Source: Candidatus Latescibacterota bacterium
Lineage (GTDB): Bacteria > Latescibacterota > UBA2968 > UBA8231
Direction: 5' to 3'
DNA length: 64,000 nucleotides
NCBI GenBank assembly: GCA_965197905.1
Contig: CBDAOB010000004.1
Location: 1,344,001 to 1,408,000, forward strand
How positions within the stretch are numbered: position 1 is the stretch's first letter; the number at the start of each line of letters is the position of its first letter. A program made the position numbers and the translations under genes. The notes under the pieces are model-generated. The model was not told the origin of the DNA. It did not search any database and saw nothing but the letters and a program-made list of their open reading frames with translations. Positions 40,729 to 51,109 of the stretch are shown in pieces.

Positions 40729-42228
40729 TCAGATCGTGACCGAGAATAATCGCGCTCTGCACAGGTGAAACCGCAGCGAAACCTGCCGGCCCTTGAGCTC
40801 GGACAGGTCGGAGCTTCCCTTCCAGGTTACGACCCGGTCCAGTTCATCCCCCACCAGTACGTCGGCCTCGTCGAACCCGAATCCGGCGAAGGGCTCCACC
40901 GGCTGCGGCGGCGTCACCGGTGGGTGAACGATCTCCACCCGTACCCAGCCCCCCGTTTCCGTTTCGTAGTTCAAACGCATCTCGCTACCGTGACAGTCCC
41001 GCTGCACGGTCGTGAAACGCGCTTCTGCCAGCGCTTCCAACGCCACTAACCGGTCCCGTTTCCACAGGGCCCAGCGAAATTCACTTCTCGGGTCCCCTTC
41101 ACCACCGTCTGCGGTATAGGTCAGGAAATCGTGGCGTTTGCTGGACCCTGTGAACAGCAGCGCCCACTCCTCGTCATTGAGGGCCACCAGATGGCGCCGC
41201 GCGTAGACCGACTCGTATTCGCCGCGCTCAATGATCGGCACGCGCTCGGGGCGGCTCCACAAGAATCCATCGCGACTGGTCGCCATCTGCACATCTACCG
41301 TGGAGGTGCAACGGTGATAGAACGGCAGGAACATCAGATGCAGATTCCCGTGAGGGTGGCGGCAGTACGCACAGCTGTAGACATCCACGTCGATGGGATC
41401 CTGGGGGTCAGGTTTGAAGACGAACTGCGGTTCCTCCCAACCCTGGTCGAACTGATTGGATGTGCTGCGGCGTATGCACCGGCGGCGCTCGGAATGCCCC
41501 CTGTGGTAGGCGACGTACTCGGCCTTCTCCTCGTCGTAGGTGGTGTAATACTCTCCGTCGAGGGTTAACGAACCCAAGTCTCGCAGCGGCGTTTCCAGGG
41601 CGGTCCACCGGAACCCGTCGGGCGAGACGGCGCCTTTGATGACCTGGTGCATCTGGAGCTTTTCCTTGATTTGGTCCGGCCCCATGCCCTCATGCTGCAT
41701 CGCCGTCCGCATTTCGTAGTAGTGCTCTTTCGTGAGGTTGGGATTTGCTTTGCCGTCGGCGAAGATCATGCCACTGGGCACAGTGGACTTGTAGCGTTCA
41801 CCTGGGGGCGCCGTTGGATCTTTGAACACACACCTGAGCCAGAAGTACTCGGTGGGGTGCAACAGGTTGTTGGCCGTGGAGCCGTTGTATTCGACCAAGC
41901 CCAGTTCCGGCTTGTGCCAGGTATACCCGTCGGTGGTCTCGGCGTACGCCTGATAGCTGATTCCGTCCTCACCCTTGCTCTGATACCAAACCTTGAGCCT
42001 GCCGTCGTCGGGAAAGGCGAAGCCCGGTATCATGCCCCCTCTCTCCCACGGATGTTCAGCTTCGCTGAAAATCGGCTCAGACCAGCGGGCGGGTTGTATC
42101 TTCAGCTGCAGCTCACCCAACGGCGGATCCTGAATCCAGCTGAGTCCGTCTTGCCCAACGCCACCGTGTCCGGCCCAGATGCCGTACCAATCGACGAAGG
42201 GGATGGTTTGAGGTTGCATCTGGCTCAT
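40729..42228 (-). CDS. Beta-propeller glycoside-hydrolase-like hypothetical protein (paralog of 28683-30170)
   Basis: YAETTDGYTWHKP, SPDGFRW, SRDGFLW and a similar C-terminal domain. Confidence 0.75.
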   Translation of the reverse strand: MSQMQPQTIPFVDWYGIWAGHGGVGQDGLSWIQDPPLGELQLKIQPARWSEPIFSEAEHPWERGGMIPGFAFPDDGRLKVWYQSKGEDGISYQAYAETTDGYTWHKPELGLVEYNGSTANNLLHPTEYFWLRCVFKDPTAPPGERYKSTVPSGMIFADGKANPNLTKEHYYEMRTAMQHEGMGPDQIKEKLQMHQVIKGAVSPDGFRWTALETPLRDLGSLTLDGEYYTTYDEEKAEYVAYHRGHSERRRCIRRSTSNQFDQGWEEPQFVFKPDPQDPIDVDVYSCAYCRHPHGNLHLMFLPFYHRCTSTVDVQMATSRDGFLWSRPERVPIIERGEYESVYARRHLVALNDEEWALLFTGSSKRHDFLTYTADGGEGDPRSEFRWALWKRDRLVALEALAEARFTTVQRDCHGSEMRLNYETETGGWVRVEIVHPPVTPPQPVEPFAGFGFDEADVLVGDELDRVVTWKGSSDLSELKGRQVSLRFHLCRARLFSVTI

Positions 42229-42311
42229 ACTCTTTCCTCGGAAGGAGGTTTATATGTTGGAGTAGGGGTTGGTCGACGACGACAGCCCGAACCTGCAAAC
42301 GTCTCAGAGCC

Positions 42312-43071
42312 TCACGCTTTGCGCCAGAAGTGCTCCAGGCTGTGTTGCGGCTTCCACTGCAGGAGGCGTTTCGTTTTCTCGTTGGAGAACTTTTGGTGGG
42401 GCATATCGGTGAAGATATTGAACGCCTCGCACCTGGAAGGAAGGGTGTTCAGATCCACATCCAGAGCACAACGAATCGCTTCCGCCGCATCTGCCCAGGT
42501 GACGCTGAACGGTGCGTAATTCTCTATCAGGTCGTCCGGATCGAAGAAATTGTAGAACAGAAACCACATCAGGTAGATCTCGTGATTCTCGGTGAATACG
42601 CGGCTCAGTTCCAGTCCCAGTGATTTCGTAAACGGGTACATGCCCAATCCGGGTTGGGGCGGCACGTCAGGATTGATGTTGAAATCGAAACGCTCGTAGT
42701 GATGTCCCTGAACGGTGAAGTGGGCGCCACTGCTGATGACTCGTCGAATCCCGTGCTGCACCGCCGCCGCCATGATATTGTAGGAGCCACACATTGACGT
42801 CGAAGGAGATCCGTCGGTCGTCCCGCAGCACCGAAAGATTCACGATGGCATCCATCCCGAAAGCGGCGTCCATGACCTGATCGGGATCGCTCACGTCCAC
42901 CTTCATGAACTCGCGTTTCTTCTGCTCCTCATCGGCGACGAAACCGGTCGTGTGATGGAAGACTCCGTGGGGATCGGCGAGATCGGTGAGGCGGAGATCG
43001 TAGCGCCCCGAAAGAACCCGCAACGCGTGGGGACCGAGCATTCCGTTGACACCCAGGACGAGTACCTTCAT
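42312..43071 (-). pseudogene. NAD-dependent epimerase/dehydratase, frameshifted near 42789
   Basis: GVNGMLG...FDVNV in one frame; GSYNIMAAA...YPFTK in another. Confidence 0.8.
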
Positions 43072-43072
43072 A

Positions 43073-43792
43073 TCAACCCGCCATCACCGGATCGAAATCC
43101 ATGAGGTCCCGCGCCGAGCGGGTGGAGAAGCGGGCGTTGGCCACCGGGGATTGAACGTGGAACAATCCCCATCCCTTGGCCCCTGGCGCCGGCGGTCGTC
43201 CTCCCGAGGTGCGCTCGCGAGCGATGTCCCAAGCCAACCCCGATTCCACCGCCCGCACCGCGTCATCCAGATGCAGCCCGACCGTGCTGGGTGCTTCCTC
43301 GCTGCCGCGAAAGATCTCTCCGAAACGCAGGCATACGACGGTTATGCGGTTCTCGCGCACAAACTCCTTGCAGGTGAACTCGCCCAGGTGGTAGCACAGC
43401 TGATCGGTATCCGCGGTCGGGGTCGGCCTCCAGGTCTCGGTCACCCTCAGGTCTTCTCCGTATTTGGCCATGAGCGCCAGGGAGCTGAGAAACAGCGTGC
43501 GAGGCACGTGCTCCTGGCTGGCGGCATACAGCAGGTTGTAGGTCCGGCGGGTTGCGTGATCCAGCTGCTGCGCAACCGACCGCGAGGGATCGGTCGCGCC
43601 GCCGTGGACGATGGCGTCCATGCCGCGGACCAGTTCGTTGGTGGCGTCGTCGTGACCGAGATCGCACCGCACGAAGTCGCCTTCTATCTTTAGCTCCTCG
43701 GTGTCGGTGCAGCGAACCTCATGGTGGGCTGCGAGCTGCTGAGCCAGCTCTGCCTGCAACTCCCTACCGACATTTGTAACCAGGACCTTCAA
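43073..43792 (-). CDS. NAD-dependent epimerase-like protein (degenerate motifs)
   Basis: MKVLVT, GMDAIVH, TYNLL and CLRFG; the glycine-rich and YxxxK motifs are not canonical. Confidence 0.7.
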   Translation of the reverse strand: MKVLVTNVGRELQAELAQQLAAHHEVRCTDTEELKIEGDFVRCDLGHDDATNELVRGMDAIVHGGATDPSRSVAQQLDHATRRTYNLLYAASQEHVPRTLFLSSLALMAKYGEDLRVTETWRPTPTADTDQLCYHLGEFTCKEFVRENRITVVCLRFGEIFRGSEEAPSTVGLHLDDAVRAVESGLAWDIARERTSGGRPPAPGAKGWGLFHVQSPVANARFSTRSARDLMDFDPVMAG

Positions 43793-43810
43793 GTCAACTC
43801 TCTGCGGTGT

Positions 43811-44083
43811 CTAGGCCATGACATCTACGGTGTTGCCGATCCCGCGCGCCTTCGTGAGCTGCTGGTTTTCCCGACCGCCTTCCCCGTTTGCCTTTGAGGC
43901 GCGGTCGCTCTGGTTGGGTCGATTCTCTTGCGCAATCTCGGACCGGTCCGCCGTGTCAGCTCGCTGTCGGCGGCGCTCCGCCTCGCGCTGACGGTCCTCT
44001 GCGGTGGTGCGCTCGACGTGATCTGTTACGGCCCCCGCCATCCGCGCGCTGGCAGCTCGCTCCGTTCCGGTGATTTCGGACAT
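43811..44083 (-). CDS. Small charged protein with YjfB-like C-terminal motif
   Basis: RBS CAGGAGG; ends GIGNTVDVMA. Confidence 0.6.
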   Translation of the reverse strand: MSEITGTERAASARMAGAVTDHVERTTAEDRQREAERRRQRADTADRSEIAQENRPNQSDRASKANGEGGRENQQLTKARGIGNTVDVMA

Positions 44084-44294
44084 TGTAGCCTCCTGATCGT
44101 TGGTCGACCGCTCAGGCTCCCGCACCTGGCGCTTCGAAAAAACAGCGGATCAAAAAAGTAAACCGCGGGGTGCCAGTTGTAAATCGAAAAGGTGACGACC
44201 GCGACCGGTCCTAGTTGCGTTGGAACATGAGTTGTGCATTCTATGGTAAGCCCCCGCCCGAGCGACCCGACCCTTTCTGAATGGAGCTATATCC

Positions 44295-44627
44295 ATGCTG
44301 CTGCAGATCTACTTCGCGGTAGAAACCGACAAGACATCCGAGTTTGAGCAGATGTATCAAGAAGCCTACGTGCCCGCCATGCAACGACAATCCGGATACG
44401 AAGGATCCAGACTGCTGAGGCTGTTTCCCCCAGCGCTCGCAACGGAGATCCAGGCGGAAGAGACGCCGTTCAACTACCAGATGGAACTGGTGTTCGACAC
44501 CGAGGAGAACCGACGCAAGTGGGCCGCCAGCGACGCTCACCAAAAAGTCTGGCCCATGGCCCAGGAGCTCGCCCAGCGAGTCGCCTGGCGCGGGTACGAC
44601 GTCGCTGGAAGGGATCGCCTTGGTTGA
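44295..44627 (+). CDS. ABM-like dimeric alpha/beta-barrel protein
   Basis: 110 aa; QSGYEGSRLL and WAASDAHQ; RBS GGAG. Confidence 0.7.
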   Translation: MLLQIYFAVETDKTSEFEQMYQEAYVPAMQRQSGYEGSRLLRLFPPALATEIQAEETPFNYQMELVFDTEENRRKWAASDAHQKVWPMAQELAQRVAWRGYDVAGRDRLG

Positions 44628-45622
44628 ATGACCGACCACTGCGCTGGGGGCTGCTGAGTACCGCGCGCATCAACTGCCGCCTCATTCCGGCCATTCGCTC
44701 CGCTCGACGCGGAGAGCTGTGCGCTGTGGCCAGCCGCGACCGCACTAGGGCCATGAAGTTCGCCGAGCGCTGGGACATCCCCCTAGCTTACGGGCGTTAT
44801 CAGGAACTGCTGGCGGATCCCGACATCGACGTGGTGTACATATCCCTTCCCAACCACCTGCACGAAGAATGGGCGATCAAGGCCGCCGAAGCGGGCAAGC
44901 ATATCCTGTGCGAGAAACCGCTGGCATTGACGACGACCGAAGTCGACGCCATGACAGCCGCCGCCTGGCAGAATCGCGTCGTGCTGCAGGAAGCGTTTGC
45001 ATATCAATTTCACCCGCAAACCCGCAAGGTCCGGGAGCTTGTGCAGGACGGCACCCTCGGCCAGGTTCGAGCTATGCGCGCCGGATTCTCCTTCCCGTTG
45101 AGCAACTCCGAGGACTACCGGCTGGATCCCGCCAGGGGGGGCGGCTCGCTGTGGGACATTGGCTGTTATGCGATCAGTTTCTTTCGGTTCATTCTCGAGG
45201 CAGAACCCACCGAGGTGATGGGATGGCAACAGCTTGGAACCAGCGGGGTCGACGTGAGTTTCGCCGGCCAGCTGCGGTTTTCTCCCGATGTTATTGCGCA
45301 ATTTTTCTGCAGTATTGCTACCGCCGCGCACCGCGAGTTCTCCATCTTGGGCACCGAAGGTTTGCTGCGTCTCGATCAGCCCTGGTTGCACGAGGTCGGT
45401 AAATCCGCCTCCATCTTCGTTGAACGGCTCGGCGACATTGAGAACAGGGCGGTCGTTTTCGAGGAGGTTGAGCCGTACCGTTGCCAGGTGGAGGGCATGG
45501 CCGCAGCCGTGCTCGACGGAGCGAGCCCGACCGTCTCCCTGGCCAGTAGCCGCGCCAATGTGACTGTGATCGAGTCCTTGTTCGAATGTGCACGCAGCGG
45601 AAGACCGGTTGCATTACCCTAA
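44624..45622 (+). CDS. Gfo/Idh/MocA family oxidoreductase
   Basis: WGLLSTARI, GKHILCEKP and GGSLWDIGCY motifs; TTG start overlaps the upstream TGA. Confidence 0.9.
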   Translation: MNDRPLRWGLLSTARINCRLIPAIRSARRGELCAVASRDRTRAMKFAERWDIPLAYGRYQELLADPDIDVVYISLPNHLHEEWAIKAAEAGKHILCEKPLALTTTEVDAMTAAAWQNRVVLQEAFAYQFHPQTRKVRELVQDGTLGQVRAMRAGFSFPLSNSEDYRLDPARGGGSLWDIGCYAISFFRFILEAEPTEVMGWQQLGTSGVDVSFAGQLRFSPDVIAQFFCSIATAAHREFSILGTEGLLRLDQPWLHEVGKSASIFVERLGDIENRAVVFEEVEPYRCQVEGMAAAVLDGASPTVSLASSRANVTVIESLFECARSGRPVALP

Positions 45623-45775
45623 TTTCGAAGCAGGGAGGGAGCCTGTTCCGACGAGGTGGCGCCAGATCGGCTCAAGAACCGGTGTTTGATCGATCTTTTG
45701 GATCGTCCCACCGGTTTGCACATCTATAGAGGGAGCCGTCGCTTTTCCACAACGTTTGAAGGATCGATCCTGAGC

Positions 45776-47497
45776 ATGCTCAATGGATCCGCTTTGCTGC
45801 TTGTTGGTCTCTGTGTCCTGACTGCTGGGCTCCTATCAAGTTGCGGAGACGATAAAAATCCTGCGTTCACAGCTCTAGAGAGCGATTTTTTCTTTCGCTC
45901 CCAAGAGGATGTCGATGAGTTTGCTGCCCGCGGATCGAACCTCCGCATTCAGGGGGGCGTGGTGGTGGAGAGCGCCGTCGTCAGCCTGCAAAATCTCGAG
46001 GGCATTGCCGTGATAGAAGGGAGCCTGGATATCCGCAGAACCACCTCCCTTACCGACCTCCGCGGCCTCGAGAATTTGACCAGCGTCGGTGGGGCGGTGA
46101 GGATCAAGGAGAATGCCCGGCTGCAGTCCCTGTGCGGGTTGAGCGGTCTTGCCAGCGTTACTCGCAATCTGGAGATCCGCGACAACCACGCCCTCCCGAA
46201 TCTAGACGGCCTGGAAGGGTTGCACGCCCTCGGCGCGGAATTGATCATCGATACGAACGACTCGCTGTCGAGCTTGGCGGCTCTGCGCAACCTCGAGTTC
46301 GTGAGTAGCCAGATCCATGTGAGGCTGAACCGATCGCTGCCCTCCCTGGACGGTCTGCAAGGACTGACCGAGATACACGCCAGCGTCAAACTGATCCTCA
46401 ACCAGTCGCTGGTCAGCCTGGAAGGCCTCGACAACGTCGTGGAGATCCGGGGCGACCTGGATCTGTTCTCGAATGTCTCCCTTACCAGCCTCGCCCATCT
46501 GGAGGCTCTGACGACGGTCGGCGGCATTCTGAACATCGCAGAGAGTCGTTTGACCTCGCTCGAGGGTTTGGAGAGGCTCGCCACGGTGCGTGAGCTGAGG
46601 ATTGCCGACAACGATGGATTGACCTCACTGCGTGGGCTAGACGCACTCAGTCGAATCTCTGTAGGCTTGACTATCGTTGCCAACGCCACATTGATTGATC
46701 TGAGCGGCATGACCAGCATGCAAGCTATCGATGGCGGTTTGCTCGTCGACCGCAACGAGGCCCTAACATCGTTGCGGGGGTTGGAATTCATCACCTCCCT
46801 CGGAAAATCGCTCACCCTATTTGGCAACGATCAGCTGGATGATCTGCAAGGTTTGCGAAATCTCACCGCGGTCGGTGGTCTTGTAGAAATTCGGCGGAAC
46901 CCCACGATGCAGTCGCTGGACGGGTTGGAGAATCTAGATTCCATCCGCACGGACCTGCGCATCATCAACAACCCGGCCCTGGTTTCGTTGGAGGGGCTCA
47001 GGGGATTGCGTATCGTCGGTGGCGACGTTGATGCGAGGGATAACGGAGCGCTCGCGACACTTACTGGCTTGGGATCGATACAAAGCGTAAAACACCTGAC
47101 GATTACCGGTCACCCCTTATTGACCCGGTTAGCACAAATGGATCAACTCACGCAGATCAGGGGGAATCTCACCCTTTCCTTGAACGCCGTATTACCGTCG
47201 TTGGCCGGCCTCAACCAGCTGGCGTCGGTGCAGGGATTTGTCGTCGTGTCAGATAATGAATCGCTGGCGTCGATGGAGGGATTGGAAAGGCTGACTTCGG
47301 TGGGGCGCTTCGTGACCATCAGCGGCAACGGATCTCTCGTCTCCCTGCAGGCGTTGCATCAGATCATGTCCATCGGGGACAAGCTGACCGTTCGCGACAA
47401 CCCGGCTCTTCCCCCGACGGAAGTCGATGCGTGGACCACGGCGTTGTCGGAACGGGGATTCGAAGGACAGACGAACGTGGGGAACAACGGATCCTAG
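45776..47497 (+). CDS. Receptor-L-domain/LRR repeat lipoprotein
   Basis: Lipobox LLSSC; about 20 repeats of ~25 aa (LxSLxGLxxLxxVxGxLxIxxN). Confidence 0.85.
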   Translation: MLNGSALLLVGLCVLTAGLLSSCGDDKNPAFTALESDFFFRSQEDVDEFAARGSNLRIQGGVVVESAVVSLQNLEGIAVIEGSLDIRRTTSLTDLRGLENLTSVGGAVRIKENARLQSLCGLSGLASVTRNLEIRDNHALPNLDGLEGLHALGAELIIDTNDSLSSLAALRNLEFVSSQIHVRLNRSLPSLDGLQGLTEIHASVKLILNQSLVSLEGLDNVVEIRGDLDLFSNVSLTSLAHLEALTTVGGILNIAESRLTSLEGLERLATVRELRIADNDGLTSLRGLDALSRISVGLTIVANATLIDLSGMTSMQAIDGGLLVDRNEALTSLRGLEFITSLGKSLTLFGNDQLDDLQGLRNLTAVGGLVEIRRNPTMQSLDGLENLDSIRTDLRIINNPALVSLEGLRGLRIVGGDVDARDNGALATLTGLGSIQSVKHLTITGHPLLTRLAQMDQLTQIRGNLTLSLNAVLPSLAGLNQLASVQGFVVVSDNESLASMEGLERLTSVGRFVTISGNGSLVSLQALHQIMSIGDKLTVRDNPALPPTEVDAWTTALSERGFEGQTNVGNNGS

Positions 47498-48276
47498 CTC
47501 TGGTCCTTAACCCGGTCCCAGACGCGATCCAGTTCCTCCAGGCTCAGCGCCCCCAACTCTTTCCCCTCCTCCTGCAGTACCGTTTCAACCTGTCGAAAGC
47601 GGCGCTCGAACTTGCCGGTGGCGCGGCGCAGCGCGTCTTCGGGACACAGCTTGAGAAACCGACCGACGTTTACAATGGCAAACAACAGATCACCAAACTC
47701 CTCTTCGACTTGCTCCTCTCCATCCGCGCGTCTGGCGTCGCGCAGCTCTTCCAGCTCTTCGGACACCTTCTCCAACGGTCCTTCGATCCGATCCCAGTCG
47801 AATCCGACGCGGGATGCCTTGCTTTGCAGACGCTGAGCACGCAGAAGCGCCGGAAGCTGCGGCGGCACCCCATCAAGGGCTGACGACGGATGAGGGGCGT
47901 CGTTGCGCTCCTCCTTCTTGATCCGTTCCCAATTGACCACCACCTCATCGGCATCGGCTACGGCTGTGTCGGCAAAGACGTGGGGGTGTCGGCGAATCAG
48001 CTTGTCGACGATGGCCCGGCACACCTGATCGATATTGAATGACGCCTGTTCGGTGCCTATCTGGGCATGGAACACGACCTGGAGCAGGAGATCACCCAAC
48101 TCGTTACACAGCTCTTGGGTGTCGTTCTCATCGATGCGCTCGAGGACCTCGTACGCCTCCTCCAGCAGGTAGGGTTTGAGCGACTCATGGGTCTGCTCGC
48201 GGTCCCATGGACAGCCGCTCTCGGAACGCAGCTGGGCCATAACCCGGACGAGGGCCTCAAAGGGCGATTCGGCCAT
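47494..48276 (-). CDS. mazG: Nucleoside triphosphate pyrophosphohydrolase MazG
   Basis: GCPWDREQT, ELGDLL, KLIRRHPHVF, GFDW and EFGDLLF motifs. Confidence 0.93.
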   Translation of the reverse strand: MAESPFEALVRVMAQLRSESGCPWDREQTHESLKPYLLEEAYEVLERIDENDTQELCNELGDLLLQVVFHAQIGTEQASFNIDQVCRAIVDKLIRRHPHVFADTAVADADEVVVNWERIKKEERNDAPHPSSALDGVPPQLPALLRAQRLQSKASRVGFDWDRIEGPLEKVSEELEELRDARRADGEEQVEEEFGDLLFAIVNVGRFLKLCPEDALRRATGKFERRFRQVETVLQEEGKELGALSLEELDRVWDRVKDQS

Positions 48277-48277
48277 A

Positions 48278-48670
48278 TCAGTCGGAGGGTTCTCCGTCGA
48301 GTTGGGTGTACTTGAGGTTCTTCCCCCGGGCACTCTCCACCGGATAACGTTGGGCCGATAGCGCCATCTTCTTTCGCAGTATCTCGGTGGCATCGAGATT
48401 GAGGTTGTGACACATAAGCAGAACAAAATACAGAACATCGGCTAGTTCGTGGCCGATATCTTTTAGATAGGGCTCATCCTGCATTTTTTCAGCTATTTCC
48501 TCGTTGCTGAGGAAGCGGAAATGCTCCAATAGTTCTGCCGCCTCTATGCTGAGGCCGATAGCGAGATCTTTCGGGAAATGGTATTGGTCCCAGTCCCGTT
48601 CCTCAACGAACTGACGGACCATCGCCATGAGATCGGCAACCGTGCTGGAATCGTCGTTGGAGCTAGGCAT
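48278..48670 (-). CDS. MazG-like (dCTP pyrophosphatase-type) nucleotide pyrophosphohydrolase
   Basis: ERDWDQYH.PKDL, EAAELLE and ELADV motifs. Confidence 0.88.
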   Translation of the reverse strand: MPSSNDDSSTVADLMAMVRQFVEERDWDQYHFPKDLAIGLSIEAAELLEHFRFLSNEEIAEKMQDEPYLKDIGHELADVLYFVLLMCHNLNLDATEILRKKMALSAQRYPVESARGKNLKYTQLDGEPSD

Positions 48671-48808
48671 TATTGGGGACGAAGAGCGGAGTGAACGCCC
48701 AATAAGGTGACGAGGTTCGCGCCTGTCAACCGGTCATCAGAGGCAGGGAACCTTTCGAACGCTGAGGATTTGTACTGTACTACCTCAATTCAGGAGGCGG
48801 ATGAGATC

Positions 48809-49687
48809 ATGGGGCGCAAAATCGGAATCCGCAGGGGTCGACGGGGGAAGCGGCATCTCGTTGAGGGAGATCCTGTGCTGGCTCGGTATTTGGAGGATAT
48901 CGCCGATTCGAGACCGCTGAACTCCAGCCAGGAAGCAGATCTCGCCCGCCGGATTCGCGACGGGGACGAGTCGGCGCGCAATGCGCTCGTGGAGGCGAAT
49001 CTGCGTTTTGTGGTTTCAGTGTCGAAGGATTACCAGAACCGTGGATTGACGCTCGCCGAACTCATAAGCGCCGGCAATGTAGGCCTTATGGTGGCGGCGG
49101 AGCGTTTCGACGAAACCAGGGGATTCAAGTTTATCTCCTACGCCGTTTGGTGGATCAGGCAGTCGATCCTACAGGCCGTGATGGAGCAGTCGACCGTCCG
49201 CTTGCCGGTCAACCGCCTCGATATGATGGCCAAGATCAGCAGGGCGCGGGAGGCCCTCCAGCAGGAGGGAAACAGCACCAACCTCGCTAACGTGGCGCGG
49301 GCGCTCGGGGCGACGGAAGAGCGGGTCGAGCAGACCCTCATCGAGAGCCAGCCTGTGCGATCCCTCGATGCGACCTTCGACGACGAGGAGGAGCGTTGCC
49401 TGCTGGATTCCCTGTGCGACGAGAATCAGCAGTCGCCGGAAGAGCTGCTGTTGGAGTATTCGAAGCGTGCTGACATCGATTCGGTGTTGTCTGATCTGAA
49501 CCAGCGTGAAGCCGAAATCGTCCGCCTCTACTTCGGCCTCGCGTCCGAACCGCCCATGACGCTCGACCAGATTGGGGTCCGCTTCAGGCTCACCCGGGAA
49601 CGGGTGCGTCAAATAAAGGAAGCCGCGTTGAGCAAGATGCGGCACCCCAAACTCTGTGCCTCGTTGCGGGCCCACGCCGAGCCCTAG
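48809..49687 (+). CDS. RNA polymerase sigma factor, RpoD/SigA family (no region 1.1)
   Basis: NLRFVVS, GFKFISYAVWWIRQ and TRERVRQI motifs. Confidence 0.92.
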   Translation: MGRKIGIRRGRRGKRHLVEGDPVLARYLEDIADSRPLNSSQEADLARRIRDGDESARNALVEANLRFVVSVSKDYQNRGLTLAELISAGNVGLMVAAERFDETRGFKFISYAVWWIRQSILQAVMEQSTVRLPVNRLDMMAKISRAREALQQEGNSTNLANVARALGATEERVEQTLIESQPVRSLDATFDDEEERCLLDSLCDENQQSPEELLLEYSKRADIDSVLSDLNQREAEIVRLYFGLASEPPMTLDQIGVRFRLTRERVRQIKEAALSKMRHPKLCASLRAHAEP

Positions 49688-49908
49688 TCCTAAGAAAGCG
49701 GCTCTCAGGGCCCGCCCTCCGCTAGCCCACCTCCTCGTCCTGGGCACGATTGTTGCGTGAAGTTACAGGAATCATTTGCACCAGTGGATTTGGTCAGACA
49801 CCGACGCCGGTCGCGACCAGAATTTCGATGCAGAGGGAAAATTTCACCTGCTCAAGAACCCCACGACACGGCCGATAATCCGGAGACGACCCCCTCCAAG
49901 GACTGCCG

Positions 49909-50031
49909 ATGAGATCCGCGCCCGAACATGGACTGACCGGTGAAAACCGTACGGTCGGAGTCAGCCTGCTGCTGTTTGTCGTCAGCGGTCTGTGCTGCGG
50001 TGTATTGCTAGGGTTGCTGGCCTCCGGCTAG
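49909..50031 (+). CDS. Putative 40-aa single-TM small protein
   Basis: AAGGA RBS; MRSAPEHGLTGENRTVGVSLLLFVVSGLCCGVLLGLLASG. Confidence 0.4.
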   Translation: MRSAPEHGLTGENRTVGVSLLLFVVSGLCCGVLLGLLASG

Positions 50032-50149
50032 TGCCCGTTCACGCTTACGCGTGGCGTACTACTAAGCTTCACATCCGGGAAAAAGGCCGCCGCCGCAGTG
50101 CCCGATTTTTCGGTTCCGCAGTATTGTCAGACACCAAATAAAACCGTTC

Positions 50150-50178
50150 TTGACGCCCGGAAATCGACACAGTATATT
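50150..50178 (+). promoter_or_regulatory. Sigma-70 promoter TTGACG-N17-TATATT
   Basis: Near-consensus hexamers with a 17-nt spacer, upstream of parA. Confidence 0.65.
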
Positions 50179-50323
50179 GCCGTACCGAGGCGGTAACGTT
50201 GTCCTAGTTCAGATCAAAACACAGCCCCTTACAGCAGTTTCCAAGATTTTTTTTAGCCCCGGGACATGGTCCCGAGCGCGAGCCGTTCTTTTGGTATTCT
50301 CGCGATTGACGCGAACGGGCAAT

Positions 50324-51109
50324 ATGGGCAAGACCATAGCCATCGCAAATCAGAAGGGGGGCGTCGGCAAGACGACCACCGCCGTCAATCTGGCCGCCTG
50401 CCTTGCGGCGTCTGGCCACAAGACATTGTTGGTCGATATCGATCCCCAGGCCAACAGCACCAGCGGTTGCGGTGCCAGTTTCGACAGCCTGGAAGGATCG
50501 ATCTACGAAGTGTTGCTGGGCCAGGCATCGCTGGAGTCCATCGCTTGTCCGGTCGAACCCCCTCCACTTCATCTGGTTCCCTCCCACATCCGGCTGGCCG
50601 GCGCCGAGGTGGAGATGGCTTCGGTGATCGGCCGCGAGAAGAAGCTGGCGCGAGCGTTGGAGCCTGTGGTCGATCAGTATGAAGTGATCGTCGTAGACTG
50701 CCCGCCCTCGCTAGGTTTGCTTACCGTCAACGCGCTGAGCGCCGCCGATTCAGTTATTATCCCGGTCCAATGCGAATACTTTGCCTTGGAAGGGTTGGGG
50801 AAGCTACTAGGTACTGTTCGCCTCGTGCAACGTTACCTCAATCCGGCGCTGGAAATCGAGGGGGTCCTGTTGACGATGTACGACCAGCGTTTGCTGCTGT
50901 CGAGACGGGTAGCCACCGAAGTGCGGTCCCATTTCGGCCCCAAGGTGTACCGGACTGCGATCAAACGAAATGTCAGCCTCGCCGAGGCCCCCAGCTTCGG
51001 CAAACCGGTGATCCTCTACGACGCCATGTCCACGGGCGCTGAAAACTATACTCACCTGGCGGGGGAGGTCAGCGAGACCGCGTTGACGGAGCTAGCCGAA
51101 ATTACCTAG
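50324..51109 (+). CDS. parA: ParA/Soj family ATPase
   Basis: [33 protein letters not shown] and LAEAPSFG motifs. Confidence 0.92.
   Translation: MGKTIAIANQKGGVGKTTTAVNLAACLAASGHKTLLVDIDPQANSTSGCGASFDSLEGSIYEVLLGQASLESIACPVEPPPLHLVPSHIRLAGAEVEMASVIGREKKLARALEPVVDQYEVIVVDCPPSLGLLTVNALSAADSVIIPVQCEYFALEGLGKLLGTVRLVQRYLNPALEIEGVLLTMYDQRLLLSRRVATEVRSHFGPKVYRTAIKRNVSLAEAPSFGKPVILYDAMSTGAENYTHLAGEVSETALTELAEIT

Noticed and set aside
29481..40749. Long antisense ORFs (29481-30632 +, 30266-31264 -, 31310-32431 -, 35907-37175 -, 39670-40749 +)
   Set aside because: They shadow well-supported genes on the opposite strand, lack motifs and are expected in GC-rich DNA.
47494..48670. MazG pair as an anti-phage or toxin-antitoxin module
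   Set aside because: Both look like ordinary house-cleaning pyrophosphatases, with no toxin or defence gene adjacent.
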